Origin: Marivita sp.
Lineage (GTDB): Bacteria > Pseudomonadota > Alphaproteobacteria > Rhodobacterales > Rhodobacteraceae
Direction: 5' to 3'
DNA length: 64,000 nucleotides
Assembly (NCBI RefSeq): GCF_020055675.1
Contig: NZ_JAIPUS010000011.1
Coordinates: 774 to 64,773, forward strand
Shown here: in pieces, positions 48,744 to 57,394 of the stretch
How the letters are laid out: each line of letters begins with the position of its first letter
Numbering within the stretch: the first letter of the stretch is position 1
Made by a program: the position numbers and the translations under genes
Notes under the pieces: generated by a model
Database searches by the model: none
What the model was told of the DNA's origin: nothing
The model's input: the letters and a program-made list of their open reading frames with translations, nothing else

Positions 48744-48799
48744 GGCCGCGCGCAGATGCGCCACCGCGCCTGACGGGTTCCGTTGACGGAAACGCGCGC

Positions 48800-49156
48800 C
48801 TAGCTGCCCCGATAGGTCGAATACCCAAACGGCGACAGCAGCAGTGGCACGTGGTAATGCGCCTCTGCGTCAGACATGCCAAAGCGGATCGGCACCTCGT
48901 CAAGAAACAGCGGTTCGTCCGCCGCCTGCCCCATGGCACGCAGGTAATCGCCCGCGAAGAACACCAGTTCATAAGTCCCAATTTGAAACGCATCCGCGGG
49001 CAGGATCGGACTGTCGGTGCGACCGTCCGCGTTGGTCACGGTCTCGGCGATCTGTGCGGTGCCCGCTTGCGTCACGCGGGACAGCGTAATCCTGAGACCT
49101 GCTGCCGGGCATCCCTTCGCCGTATCGAGAACATGGGTCGTCAAATAACCGGACAT
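48800..49156 (-). CDS. uraH: 5-hydroxyisourate hydrolase
   Basis: LTTHVLDTAKGCPA, TNADGR, HYHVPLLLSPFGYSTYRGS. Confidence 0.95.
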   Translation of the reverse strand: MSGYLTTHVLDTAKGCPAAGLRITLSRVTQAGTAQIAETVTNADGRTDSPILPADAFQIGTYELVFFAGDYLRAMGQAADEPLFLDEVPIRFGMSDAEAHYHVPLLLSPFGYSTYRGS

Positions 49157-49304
49157 TGCGCGCTCCTCGTAATGCGATGCCTCTTTATGCAGCCAGACCG
49201 GGCCAAACCGCAAATGGAACGCGTTTGAGACACCTTTCGGGATTTCTTGAAAAACGGAATGTATTATTCGGAATACAACGACGACCACTCAGGAGGATTC
49301 ACAC

Positions 49305-50717
49305 GTGCAACGCTACCCCCGCGATATGACAGGATACGGCGCAACTCCCCCCAAGGCCAATTGGCCGGGCGGTGCGAAAATCGCCGTTCAGATCGTTCTC
49401 AACTACGAAGAGGGCGGCGAGAACAACATCCTGCATGGCGATGCCGCCTCCGAGGCGTTCCTGTCCGAAATCACCGGTGCGCAGCCCTGGCCGGGGATGC
49501 GGCACTGGAACATGGAATCGATCTACGAATACGGCAGCCGCGCCGGGTTCTGGCGTCTGCACCGGATGATGCAGGACCTGCCCATCACGATCTACGGCGT
49601 CGCAACCGCGCTGGCCCGCGCCCCCGAACAGGTGGCCGCGATGAAGGACGCCGGCTGGGAAATCGCCTCGCACGGCCTCAAGTGGGTCGAACACAAGGAC
49701 ATGCCCGAGGACGAGGAACGCGCCCAGATCATCGAGGCGATCCGCCTGCACACCGAGGTCGTGGGCGCGCCACCCAAGGGCTGGTACACGGGTCGCTGTT
49801 CGAACAACACCTTAAGGCTGGTGGCGGAACACGGCGGGTTCGACTACGTCGCCGACAGCTATGCCGACGACCTGCCCTATTGGTCGCGCTTTGACGACAC
49901 GCACCAGCTCATCATGCCCTACACCATGGATTGCAACGACATGCGCTTCGGCATCCAGGCGGGGTTCACTACTGGCGACCAGTTCGAAAGCTACCTGAAA
50001 GACAGCTTCGACACCCTCTATGCCGAAGGTGCCCAAGGGGCGCCCAAGATGCTGTCGATCGGGTTGCATTGCCGCATCATGGGACGCCCCGGCCGCGCTG
50101 CCGCCTTGAAGCGCGCGCTCGACTACATGGCAGGCCATGCCGACGTCTGGTTCGCCACCCGCCAGCAGATCGCGCGGCACTGGGCCAACGAGCATCCCGC
50201 GCCGACCGGGCAACGCCCCTCTGACATGACGCGCGAGGACTTCGTGGCGGCCTTTGGCGACATCTTCGAACATTCGCCCTGGATTGCCGACCGCGCCTGC
50301 GATTTCGAAACCGGCCCGACCCACGACACGGCCCGCGGGGTGCACAGCCTGCTCTGTCGTGCGTTCCGCAGTGCGTCTGACGAAGACCGGCTCGGCGTGC
50401 TGAACGCTCACCCGGATCTCGCCGGAAAGCTTGCCTCTGCCGGTCGGCTGACAGCCGATTCCACATCCGAACAGGCGGGCGCCGGGCTCGACATGCTGAC
50501 CGACGAAGAACGCGCGACCTTTCAAAAGCTCAACGCCGATTATGTCGCGCGCCACGGCTTTCCCTTCATCATCGCGGTCAAGGACAACACCAGGGCAACG
50601 ATCCTCGACGCCTTTCACCGCCGTATTCAAAATGATCGCGACACCGAATTCGCCGAGGCCTGCCGACAGGTCGAACGCATTGCCGAGTTGCGCCTGATCG
50701 AAAAGCTGGGCGCATGA
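49305..50717 (+). CDS. puuE: Allantoinase PuuE fused to OHCU decarboxylase
   Basis: LNYEEGGE, ESIYEYGSRAGFWR, MLSIGLHCRIMGRPGR, then IFEHSPWIA, LNAHPDLAGK, YVARHGFPFIIAVK; AGGAGG RBS, GTG. Confidence 0.92.
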   Translation: MQRYPRDMTGYGATPPKANWPGGAKIAVQIVLNYEEGGENNILHGDAASEAFLSEITGAQPWPGMRHWNMESIYEYGSRAGFWRLHRMMQDLPITIYGVATALARAPEQVAAMKDAGWEIASHGLKWVEHKDMPEDEERAQIIEAIRLHTEVVGAPPKGWYTGRCSNNTLRLVAEHGGFDYVADSYADDLPYWSRFDDTHQLIMPYTMDCNDMRFGIQAGFTTGDQFESYLKDSFDTLYAEGAQGAPKMLSIGLHCRIMGRPGRAAALKRALDYMAGHADVWFATRQQIARHWANEHPAPTGQRPSDMTREDFVAAFGDIFEHSPWIADRACDFETGPTHDTARGVHSLLCRAFRSASDEDRLGVLNAHPDLAGKLASAGRLTADSTSEQAGAGLDMLTDEERATFQKLNADYVARHGFPFIIAVKDNTRATILDAFHRRIQNDRDTEFAEACRQVERIAELRLIEKLGA

Positions 50718-51205
50718 CGATGCAGATCACCACAGACCCGCTGACCGCCGACGCCTTCGCCCCCTTCGGCGATCTGCTGGATTGCGCAGGCGACCCGGAC
50801 AAGCTGATCAATCAAGGGCTGTGCGGCCGCTATCACGACCGCGCAACGCTCGATTTCGCCGAAGGTCACGCCGGGATCAGCCTGTTCAAGGCCGAATTGC
50901 GCAGCCTGCCCTACAGGCTGGACATGATGGAACGGCACCCGCTGGGCAGCCAGGCCTTTGTCCCGATGAGCCACGATCCCTTCCTGGTGATCGTCGCGCC
51001 GGATGACGGCGGCCGACCCGGCACGCCCCGCGCCTTCCTGACCCAGGCGGGACAGGCGATCAACATCCACCGCAACACCTGGCACGGCGTTCTGACGCCC
51101 CTGTCCGGGACCGGCCTGTTCGCCGTGATCGACCGCATTGGCGCGGGCGACAACCTGCAGGAACACTGGCTCGACACACCCTGCGAGGTGATCGACGGCA
51201 GATAA
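50714..51205 (+). CDS. allA: Ureidoglycolate lyase
   Basis: AFAPFGDL, MMERHPLGSQAFVP, NTWHGVLTPL, FAVIDR.G...NLQE. Confidence 0.9.
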   Translation: MTMQITTDPLTADAFAPFGDLLDCAGDPDKLINQGLCGRYHDRATLDFAEGHAGISLFKAELRSLPYRLDMMERHPLGSQAFVPMSHDPFLVIVAPDDGGRPGTPRAFLTQAGQAINIHRNTWHGVLTPLSGTGLFAVIDRIGAGDNLQEHWLDTPCEVIDGR

Positions 51206-51267
51206 CGAACCGGACGCCTTTGAGGAGGGGCCCCGGCAAAACCACTGGTTACGAGGGAGAGAGAACC

Positions 51268-52704
51268 ATGTCAGACGCATCCATCGGCACGCCGGAGCAG
51301 CTCCGCGATCCGAATTACACACCCCCGCTTGTCAAGGCGGTCCCACTGGGCATCCAGCATGTGCTGGCCATGTTCGTCTCCAATGTCACCCCGGCCATCA
51401 TCGTCTGCGGTGCTGCGGGCTTCGGGTTCGGCTCGGACAGCGCCGATTTCCCGCAGATGATCTACATGATCCAGATGTCGATGTTCTTTGCCGGCATCGC
51501 CACCTTGATCCAGACCATCGGCATCGGTCCCGTCGGTTCACGCCTGCCCATCGTGCAGGGCACCAGCTTTGCCTTCATCCCCATCATGATCCCGCTGGTG
51601 GCGGGCAAGGGCGTTGACGCCATAGCGGTGCTGATGGGCGGCATTGTCGCCGGTGGTCTCTTCCACGCGGTGCTCGGCCTTTTCATCGGCAAACTGCGCT
51701 TTGCCCTGCCGCCTCTGGTGACTGGGCTCGTGGTCACGATGATCGGCCTCGCGCTGGTCCAGGTGGGCATCCAGTACGCGGCAGGCGGTGTTCCAGCGAT
51801 GGATCAACCGGAATACGGCTCGCTGCGCAATTGGACGATGGCGGGGATCGTGATCCTTGTCACGCTTGGCCTCAAGTTCTTCACCAAAGGCATGCTCTCG
51901 GTCTCTGCTGTCCTGATCGGCCTGCTCGTCGGCTACGCGGCCGCCTTCCTCATGGGAGAGGTCAGCCTCGGCAACGTCGCCACCGCCGCTCCCTTTGCCC
52001 TGCCCAACCCGCTGCATTTCGGACTCGAATTCACCGTGGCCGCGGTCATCGGCTTTTGCCTGATGTCCTTCGTCTCGGCCGTCGAAACCGTGGGTGACGT
52101 CAGCGGCATCACCAAGGGCGGCGCGGGACGCGAGGCGACCGACACGGAAATCCAGGGCGCGACCTATGCAGACGGGATCGGAACAGCCGTGTCGGGCCTC
52201 TTCGGGGCCTTGCCGAACACGTCGTTCAGCCAGAATGTCGGCCTGATCGCCATGACCGGTGTGATGAGCCGGGGTGTCGTCACCATCGGTGCCGTCTTCC
52301 TGATCCTCTGCGGGCTTGTGCCCAAGGTCGGCGCGGTGATCTCGTCGGTCCCCATCGAAGTGCTGGGCGGCGGCGTGATCGTCATGTTCGGCATGGTCGT
52401 CGCGGCTGGCATCTCGATGCTGTCCGATGTGAACTGGAACCGCCGCAACATGGTGATCTTCGCGATCTCCCTGTCGCTGGGTCTTGGGCTTCAGCTTGAA
52501 CCGAACGCGCTGCAATACCTGCCGCAGACGCTCCGGGTGCTCGCCACCAGCGGCATCCTGCCCGCCGCCCTGATCGCCATCGTGCTGAACCTCGTCCTGC
52601 CACAAGAGCTTGCCGGAGAATCCACAGAGGAAGTCTCGGGCGGCATGGCCGGCCATGGCACGGGCCTGAAAGGCAAGACAGACGCGTCCGCCGCCAACGT
52701 CTGA
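51268..52704 (+). CDS. NCS2 (uracil-xanthine/urate) permease
   Basis: GIQHVLAMF, QGTSFAF, PNTSFSQNVGLIAMTGVMSR signature. Confidence 0.92.
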   Translation: MSDASIGTPEQLRDPNYTPPLVKAVPLGIQHVLAMFVSNVTPAIIVCGAAGFGFGSDSADFPQMIYMIQMSMFFAGIATLIQTIGIGPVGSRLPIVQGTSFAFIPIMIPLVAGKGVDAIAVLMGGIVAGGLFHAVLGLFIGKLRFALPPLVTGLVVTMIGLALVQVGIQYAAGGVPAMDQPEYGSLRNWTMAGIVILVTLGLKFFTKGMLSVSAVLIGLLVGYAAAFLMGEVSLGNVATAAPFALPNPLHFGLEFTVAAVIGFCLMSFVSAVETVGDVSGITKGGAGREATDTEIQGATYADGIGTAVSGLFGALPNTSFSQNVGLIAMTGVMSRGVVTIGAVFLILCGLVPKVGAVISSVPIEVLGGGVIVMFGMVVAAGISMLSDVNWNRRNMVIFAISLSLGLGLQLEPNALQYLPQTLRVLATSGILPAALIAIVLNLVLPQELAGESTEEVSGGMAGHGTGLKGKTDASAANV

Positions 52705-52728
52705 TCCGGTCAGGGGAAATCCACCCGA

Positions 52729-52759
52729 AAGACCCCCGGCGCCCCGCGCCGGGGGTCTT
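52729..52759 (+). terminator. Probable terminator hairpin after NCS2 permease
   Basis: 14-bp stem AAGACCCCCGGCGC/GCGCCGGGGGTCTT; short U tract. Confidence 0.65.
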
Positions 52760-52800
52760 GTTCGTGGACCCCGCCCAGCTTGCGCGGGACCCGTGGTGCC

Positions 52801-52825
52801 GGAACGAAACAGGTCCGGCGGCGTT
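52801..52825 (+). promoter_or_regulatory. EcfG-type promoter
   Basis: GGAAC-N16-CGTT exact consensus, 47 nt upstream of PRC-barrel ATG. Confidence 0.75.
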
Positions 52826-52872
52826 TCTCCGCCGTGAGTGAGATTGAATCACGAACGGCAAAGGAGACCAAC

Positions 52873-53640
52873 ATGACCTATTTCACGACCGCAGCCCGCA
52901 CGGCCACCGCGATCACCCTCGTGGCCGCCATCCCAGCTTTTGCACAGGACAGCGAAAACCAGGACTCCGACGGCGACTCCGTTCAGGTCCTGGCGACCTG
53001 GACCTACGCCCCCCTCTATGAAGACGGCTGGAGCGTTGAGAACATGTTCAACGTGACCGATGTCACGGGCCCCGGAGACGAGGTTATCGGCGACGTCGAA
53101 AACGTGATCTTCCGCAATAACGGCGAGGTGCTTGGCATTGTCGCGCAGGTCGGGGGGTTCTGGGATATCGGCGACACGCATGTCTTTGTTCCATGGGACG
53201 ACGTCTCGGTCGGGGACGATCTCTCGCAGGCACAGGTCCCGGTGACGGAAGAGGAGGTCGACGATTTCGATATCTTCGGCGCCACGGAAGGCGATGCCAT
53301 GGTCGCCGAGAGCGACGCGTCTGATACCAATGTCGTCGATGACGATCTTGTAGCCGGTGAAAGCGTCTTCAAGGCCACCGATCTGATCGGGGATTACGCC
53401 TATCTCTCGGATGGGGTGCAATACGGCTATGTCGCGGATCTCATCGTGCAGGATGGCAGGATCTCTGCCGTTGTTTCGGACGCGGCCAGCTACGGACGCA
53501 GCGGCTATTACGCCTATCCCTATCAATACGGCCGTGGATCGCCGCGCATGGGGCCGCGCTACCAGATGCCATATGATCAGTCCGAGATCGATACGATCGA
53601 GAGCTTCGATTACACACAACTTCAGTCGCGCGCTGAATAA
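52873..53640 (+). CDS. Secreted acidic protein with two PRC-barrel-like repeats
   Basis: Signal peptide; GDEVIGDVENVIF..NGEVLGIVAQVGGFWDIGDTHVFVPW; second FKATDLIG...YGYVADLIV; AAGGAG RBS. Confidence 0.75.
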   Translation: MTYFTTAARTATAITLVAAIPAFAQDSENQDSDGDSVQVLATWTYAPLYEDGWSVENMFNVTDVTGPGDEVIGDVENVIFRNNGEVLGIVAQVGGFWDIGDTHVFVPWDDVSVGDDLSQAQVPVTEEEVDDFDIFGATEGDAMVAESDASDTNVVDDDLVAGESVFKATDLIGDYAYLSDGVQYGYVADLIVQDGRISAVVSDAASYGRSGYYAYPYQYGRGSPRMGPRYQMPYDQSEIDTIESFDYTQLQSRAE

Positions 53641-53704
53641 CCCCTGGAATCCGCGTCCACAGTCCGGCCGGGATCGGCACGACCGATCAAACGGCCGCTC
53701 CGAC

Positions 53705-53742
53705 AAAAGGCCCCCGCACCATCCGGTCCGGGGGCCTTTTTT
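53705..53742. terminator. Bidirectional intrinsic terminator
   Basis: AAAAGGCCCCC...GGGGGCCTTTTTT between convergent PRC-barrel and dodecin genes. Confidence 0.8.
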
Positions 53743-53769
53743 CGTGTTCATGTCGCGTGCGGGACAGGG

Positions 53770-53973
53770 TCAATCATCCAGAACAAAGGTCACGGAGAGG
53801 TTCACCTTGAATTCGGTGACCTTGCCGTTTTCGATCATCACGTTCTGATCCTTGATCCAAGCACTCTTGAGCCCGCGCAAGGTCTTCGATGCGCGCTCGA
53901 TCCCCAGCTTGGTGGCGTCGTCAAAACTGTTGGGCGATGTCGCTGAAATTTCAGTTACACGTGCGACCGACAT
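53770..53973 (-). CDS. Dodecin family protein
   Basis: MSVARVTEISATSPNSFDDA...GIERASKTLRGLKSAWIKDQ...FKVNLSVTFVLDD; AGGAGG RBS. Confidence 0.88.
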   Translation of the reverse strand: MSVARVTEISATSPNSFDDATKLGIERASKTLRGLKSAWIKDQNVMIENGKVTEFKVNLSVTFVLDD

Positions 53974-54005
53974 GATATCCTCCTTTTGGTTTCATGTAGC
54001 GTGTC

Positions 54006-54030
54006 AACACACAGACCGGGAACACGTTCC
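54006..54030 (-). promoter_or_regulatory. EcfG-type promoter for dodecin
   Basis: Minus strand GGAAC-N17-GTT. Confidence 0.62.
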
Positions 54031-54092
54031 GTAATTCGCCCGGCGCAGTCCGGACGGCCGCCTAAGATGGAGGAACCGGCGGGGGGTCAAAT

Positions 54093-55058
54093 TCAGAAAT
54101 CCACCTCGATCGCGACGCCACGCTCAATCGCCAATCCAACAACCTTCGACGCAACGGCCAGGTCCTGCAGCCCCACGCCGGTGCCATCGAACAGCGTGAT
54201 ATCGCTGTCCGACAGGCGACCGGGGTGCGCCTCGTTTATCACCGCCCCGATCTCGGTCACATCCGACTCCGCGATCAGCCCGGTCGCCACCGCGTGCTGC
54301 GCCTCGCCGATGGAGACCGACTGCGCCACCTCGTCGGTGAAGACACTGGCCCGCGCCAGAAGCGCCGCCTCGACCTCCTGCTTGCCCTTGGTATCGGTGC
54401 CCATGCAGGCCAGATGCGTGCCCGGGCTGACATGATCCGCCATCAGCGACGGCGCGAAAGCCGAGGTGATCGAGATGATCACATCTGCTTGCCTCAACCC
54501 CGGCAGGTCCACCGCCTCGAAGGGCACACCGGCCTCATTCGCGACCGTCTCGATATTGGGCAGCATCTCGGGGTGGTAATTCCAGCCGATCACCTTCTCG
54601 AAGGACCGCTGCTCCAATGCTGCACGCAGCTGGAACGTCGCCTGATGGCCCGCACCAACCATGCCCATGACCTTGGCATCCGGCCGCGCCAGGTGCTTGA
54701 TCGACACCGATGAGGCCGCCGCCGTGCGCAGCGCGGTCAACAGGTTACCACCCACCATCGCATGCACGCGGCCCGTGTCCGGATCGAACAGGAACACCGT
54801 CGACTGGTGGTTGATCAACCCGCGCTTCTCAAGGTTGTGCGGCCAGTAGCCGCCGGCTTTCAGGCCCAGCGATCCGCCCGCGCGGTCGAACCCGCCCTTG
54901 AAGCCATAAAGCGCATCCTCGTGGCCAACCGCTTCGCGCACCACGGGAAAATTGTACGCATCGCCGGATGCCATCGCGGCAAATACCTGTTCGACCGCCT
55001 CGAACGCGGCCTCGCGCGACACCAGATCGGCAATCCGGTCTTCCGGAACAATATACAT
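54093..55058 (-). CDS. bhcD: Iminosuccinate reductase (ornithine cyclodeaminase family)
   Basis: AYNFPVVREAVGHEDALYGFKGGFD, LGLKAGGYWP, NHQSTVFLFDPDTG, DGTGVGLQDLA, matching recalled Paracoccus BhcD. Confidence 0.92.
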   Translation of the reverse strand: MYIVPEDRIADLVSREAAFEAVEQVFAAMASGDAYNFPVVREAVGHEDALYGFKGGFDRAGGSLGLKAGGYWPHNLEKRGLINHQSTVFLFDPDTGRVHAMVGGNLLTALRTAAASSVSIKHLARPDAKVMGMVGAGHQATFQLRAALEQRSFEKVIGWNYHPEMLPNIETVANEAGVPFEAVDLPGLRQADVIISITSAFAPSLMADHVSPGTHLACMGTDTKGKQEVEAALLARASVFTDEVAQSVSIGEAQHAVATGLIAESDVTEIGAVINEAHPGRLSDSDITLFDGTGVGLQDLAVASKVVGLAIERGVAIEVDF

Positions 55059-55108
55059 GGTCTCTCCCTCGCGAAAACGGCGCGCCATCCCCGTAACGCG
55101 CCGCATAA

Positions 55109-55160
55109 TGCTTCTTTGTTTCAAAAATATCCCGGGGGTCTGGGGGCAGAGCCCCCAGCC
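55109..55160. repeat. REP-like element with GC hairpin in the bhcC-bhcD gap
   Basis: CTTCTTTGTTTCAAAAATATCCCGGGGGT followed by CTGGGGGC-AGA-GCCCCCAG hairpin; resembles interspersed Rhodobacteraceae repeats (recall). Confidence 0.55.
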
Positions 55161-55186
55161 AGTCGACGCGCGTCAGCGCGGCGAAA

Positions 55187-56350
55187 TCAGTATGCGCGCC
55201 CCCGGGCCGACACCGGCCAGACGGTTTCCACCACGCCATCGCGCACACCGACATACCAGTCGTGCACGTTGCAGGTCGGGTCGCAATGGCCGGGAACCAG
55301 CTTGAGCTTGTCATTGACCTTGAGCACCCCCTGCGGGTCCGCAACGACGCCATGCTCGTCCGAGCATTTGACATATTCCACGTCGTCCCGGCCAAAGATC
55401 ACCGGCAGGCCGCTGTCCACGGATTGCGCCTTGAGACCGGCATCCACGATGGCCTTGTCCGCCTTCGCGTGGCTCATCACCGAGGTCAGGATGAACAGCG
55501 CGTTTTCCCATTCACCCTGGTCGATGCGCTTGCCGTCCTTGTCAAGGATACGCCCGTAATCCGCATCCATGAACGCGTAGGACCCGCACTGAAGCTCGTT
55601 ATAGACACCCGAGTTCGACTCGAAATAATACGACCCCGTACCGCCACCGCCGACGATGTCGCATGCGATGCCATCGGCCTTCAGCGTATCGACCGCATCT
55701 TTCACCTGCGCCACCGCAACCGCGATCTTGGCCTTGCGCTCGTCATAGCTGTCCATGTGCTGCATCGCGCCCTGATAGGCCTGGATGCCCGCGAACTTGA
55801 GCCCCTCTGCCGCGTCGATCGCCTTGGCAAGCTCGACCACCGCAGGCGTTGTCGTCACACCGCACCGCCCAGCGCCGCAGTCGATTTCGACCAGGCATTC
55901 GATCTGGGTGCCATGCTTGACGGCAGCAGCCGACAGGTCGGCCACATTGGCCAGGTCATCCACACAACAGATCGTCCGCGCGCCCAGCTTGGGCATCCGC
56001 GCCAGGCGGTCGATCTTGGCGGGATCGCGCACCTGGTTCGACACCAGCACATCGGTGATACCGCCACGGGCGAACACCTCGGCCTCGGACACTTTCTGAC
56101 AGCAGACACCACAGGCACCGCCCCGCTCGACCTGCAAAAGCGCCACGTCCACCGACTTGTGCATCTTGCCGTGTACGCGGTGACGCATGCCATGCGCCTT
56201 GGCATAATCGCCCATCTTCTTGATATTGCGCTCCAGCGCGTCAAGATCGAGCACCAGCGCCGGTGTCTGCACATCCGCCTCGGCCATGCCCGGCTTGGCC
56301 GGGATGTCGAAGCCCACTTCGTAATCGTCGAAAACGGTCATGTCTTTCAT
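55187..56350 (-). CDS. bhcC: beta-hydroxyaspartate aldolase (PLP)
   Basis: RHRVHGKMHKS, GVCCQKVSEAE, GGGTGSY, LQCGSYAFMDADYG, SDEHG, PGHCDPTCN. Confidence 0.92.
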   Translation of the reverse strand: MKDMTVFDDYEVGFDIPAKPGMAEADVQTPALVLDLDALERNIKKMGDYAKAHGMRHRVHGKMHKSVDVALLQVERGGACGVCCQKVSEAEVFARGGITDVLVSNQVRDPAKIDRLARMPKLGARTICCVDDLANVADLSAAAVKHGTQIECLVEIDCGAGRCGVTTTPAVVELAKAIDAAEGLKFAGIQAYQGAMQHMDSYDERKAKIAVAVAQVKDAVDTLKADGIACDIVGGGGTGSYYFESNSGVYNELQCGSYAFMDADYGRILDKDGKRIDQGEWENALFILTSVMSHAKADKAIVDAGLKAQSVDSGLPVIFGRDDVEYVKCSDEHGVVADPQGVLKVNDKLKLVPGHCDPTCNVHDWYVGVRDGVVETVWPVSARGRAY

Positions 56351-56422
56351 TGGGTCTCTCCTGTTGCGCGGGCGGTGCGTGCAAGCACACACCCTAAGAT
56401 GTCTGCGGTAGGCCGGGTGATC

Positions 56423-57394
56423 TCAGGCACCTGTCATCCACGGCAATTTGTCCAGATCCACGTTGCCCCCAGTCACGATGACGCCCACGCGCTTGCCCGC
56501 GAACGCGTCCTTGTTCTTGAGCATCACCGCCAGCGGCACGGCGCAGGACGGCTCCATCACGATGCGCAGGTATTTCCAGGTCATCTTCATAGCGTCGATG
56601 ATCTCTTGCTCCGACGCGGTGTAGATCTCGGATACGTGGTTCGACACGAAATGCCAGGTCAGGTCCTTGAGAGGCACCTTGAGCCCGTCTGCAATGGTCT
56701 CCGGCGCGTCATCAGCGATGATGTGCCCCGCCTTGAAGCTGCGATAGGCGTCATCCGCCTGTTCGGGTTCCGCCGCGATGATCTTCACCTCGGGGGCCAA
56801 TGTCGACAACGTCAGGCAAGTGCCCGAGATCATGCCGCCGCCGCCGATCGGTGCCAGCATCATGTCCAGACCGTCGGTCTGTTCCATGAATTCCTTGGAA
56901 CAGGTGCCCTGACCGGCAATCACGCGCGGATCGTTGTAGGGGTGGACGAACTCTCCCCCGGTCTCGGCCTGCACTTTCGCGAACACCTCTTCGCGCGACG
57001 TGGTCGACGGCTCGGATTCGGTGATCGTCCCGCCATAGCGGCGCACCGCGTCCTTCTTGGCCTGGGGGGCCGTGCGCGGCATGACGACGTTGCACGGGAT
57101 GCCCCGGCGACCGGCGGCATAGGACAGGCACAAGGCGTGGTTGCCGGACGAATGGGTGCAGACACCCTTGCCCGCCAACTCCTCGCTCAGCCCGAACACG
57201 GCGTTCGAGCCGCCACGTACCTTGAAGGCCCCCGGCTCTTGGAAGTTCTCGCATTTGAAGAAGATCTGCGCACCGGTGAGGTCGTTGAGATAGGCCGACT
57301 GCATCACGGGCGTGCGGTTGATATGCGGCTTGATCCGCTCATGCGCAACCAGCATGTCCTCGTAGGTGGGGATAATCATGCCCAAGTCCTTCAT
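56423..57394 (-). CDS. bhcB: beta-hydroxyaspartate dehydratase (Ser/Thr dehydratase family)
   Basis: FKCENFQEPGAFKVRG, THSSGNHA, IGGGGMISG, MEPSCAVPLA, TGGNVD. Confidence 0.9.
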   Translation of the reverse strand: MKDLGMIIPTYEDMLVAHERIKPHINRTPVMQSAYLNDLTGAQIFFKCENFQEPGAFKVRGGSNAVFGLSEELAGKGVCTHSSGNHALCLSYAAGRRGIPCNVVMPRTAPQAKKDAVRRYGGTITESEPSTTSREEVFAKVQAETGGEFVHPYNDPRVIAGQGTCSKEFMEQTDGLDMMLAPIGGGGMISGTCLTLSTLAPEVKIIAAEPEQADDAYRSFKAGHIIADDAPETIADGLKVPLKDLTWHFVSNHVSEIYTASEQEIIDAMKMTWKYLRIVMEPSCAVPLAVMLKNKDAFAGKRVGVIVTGGNVDLDKLPWMTGA

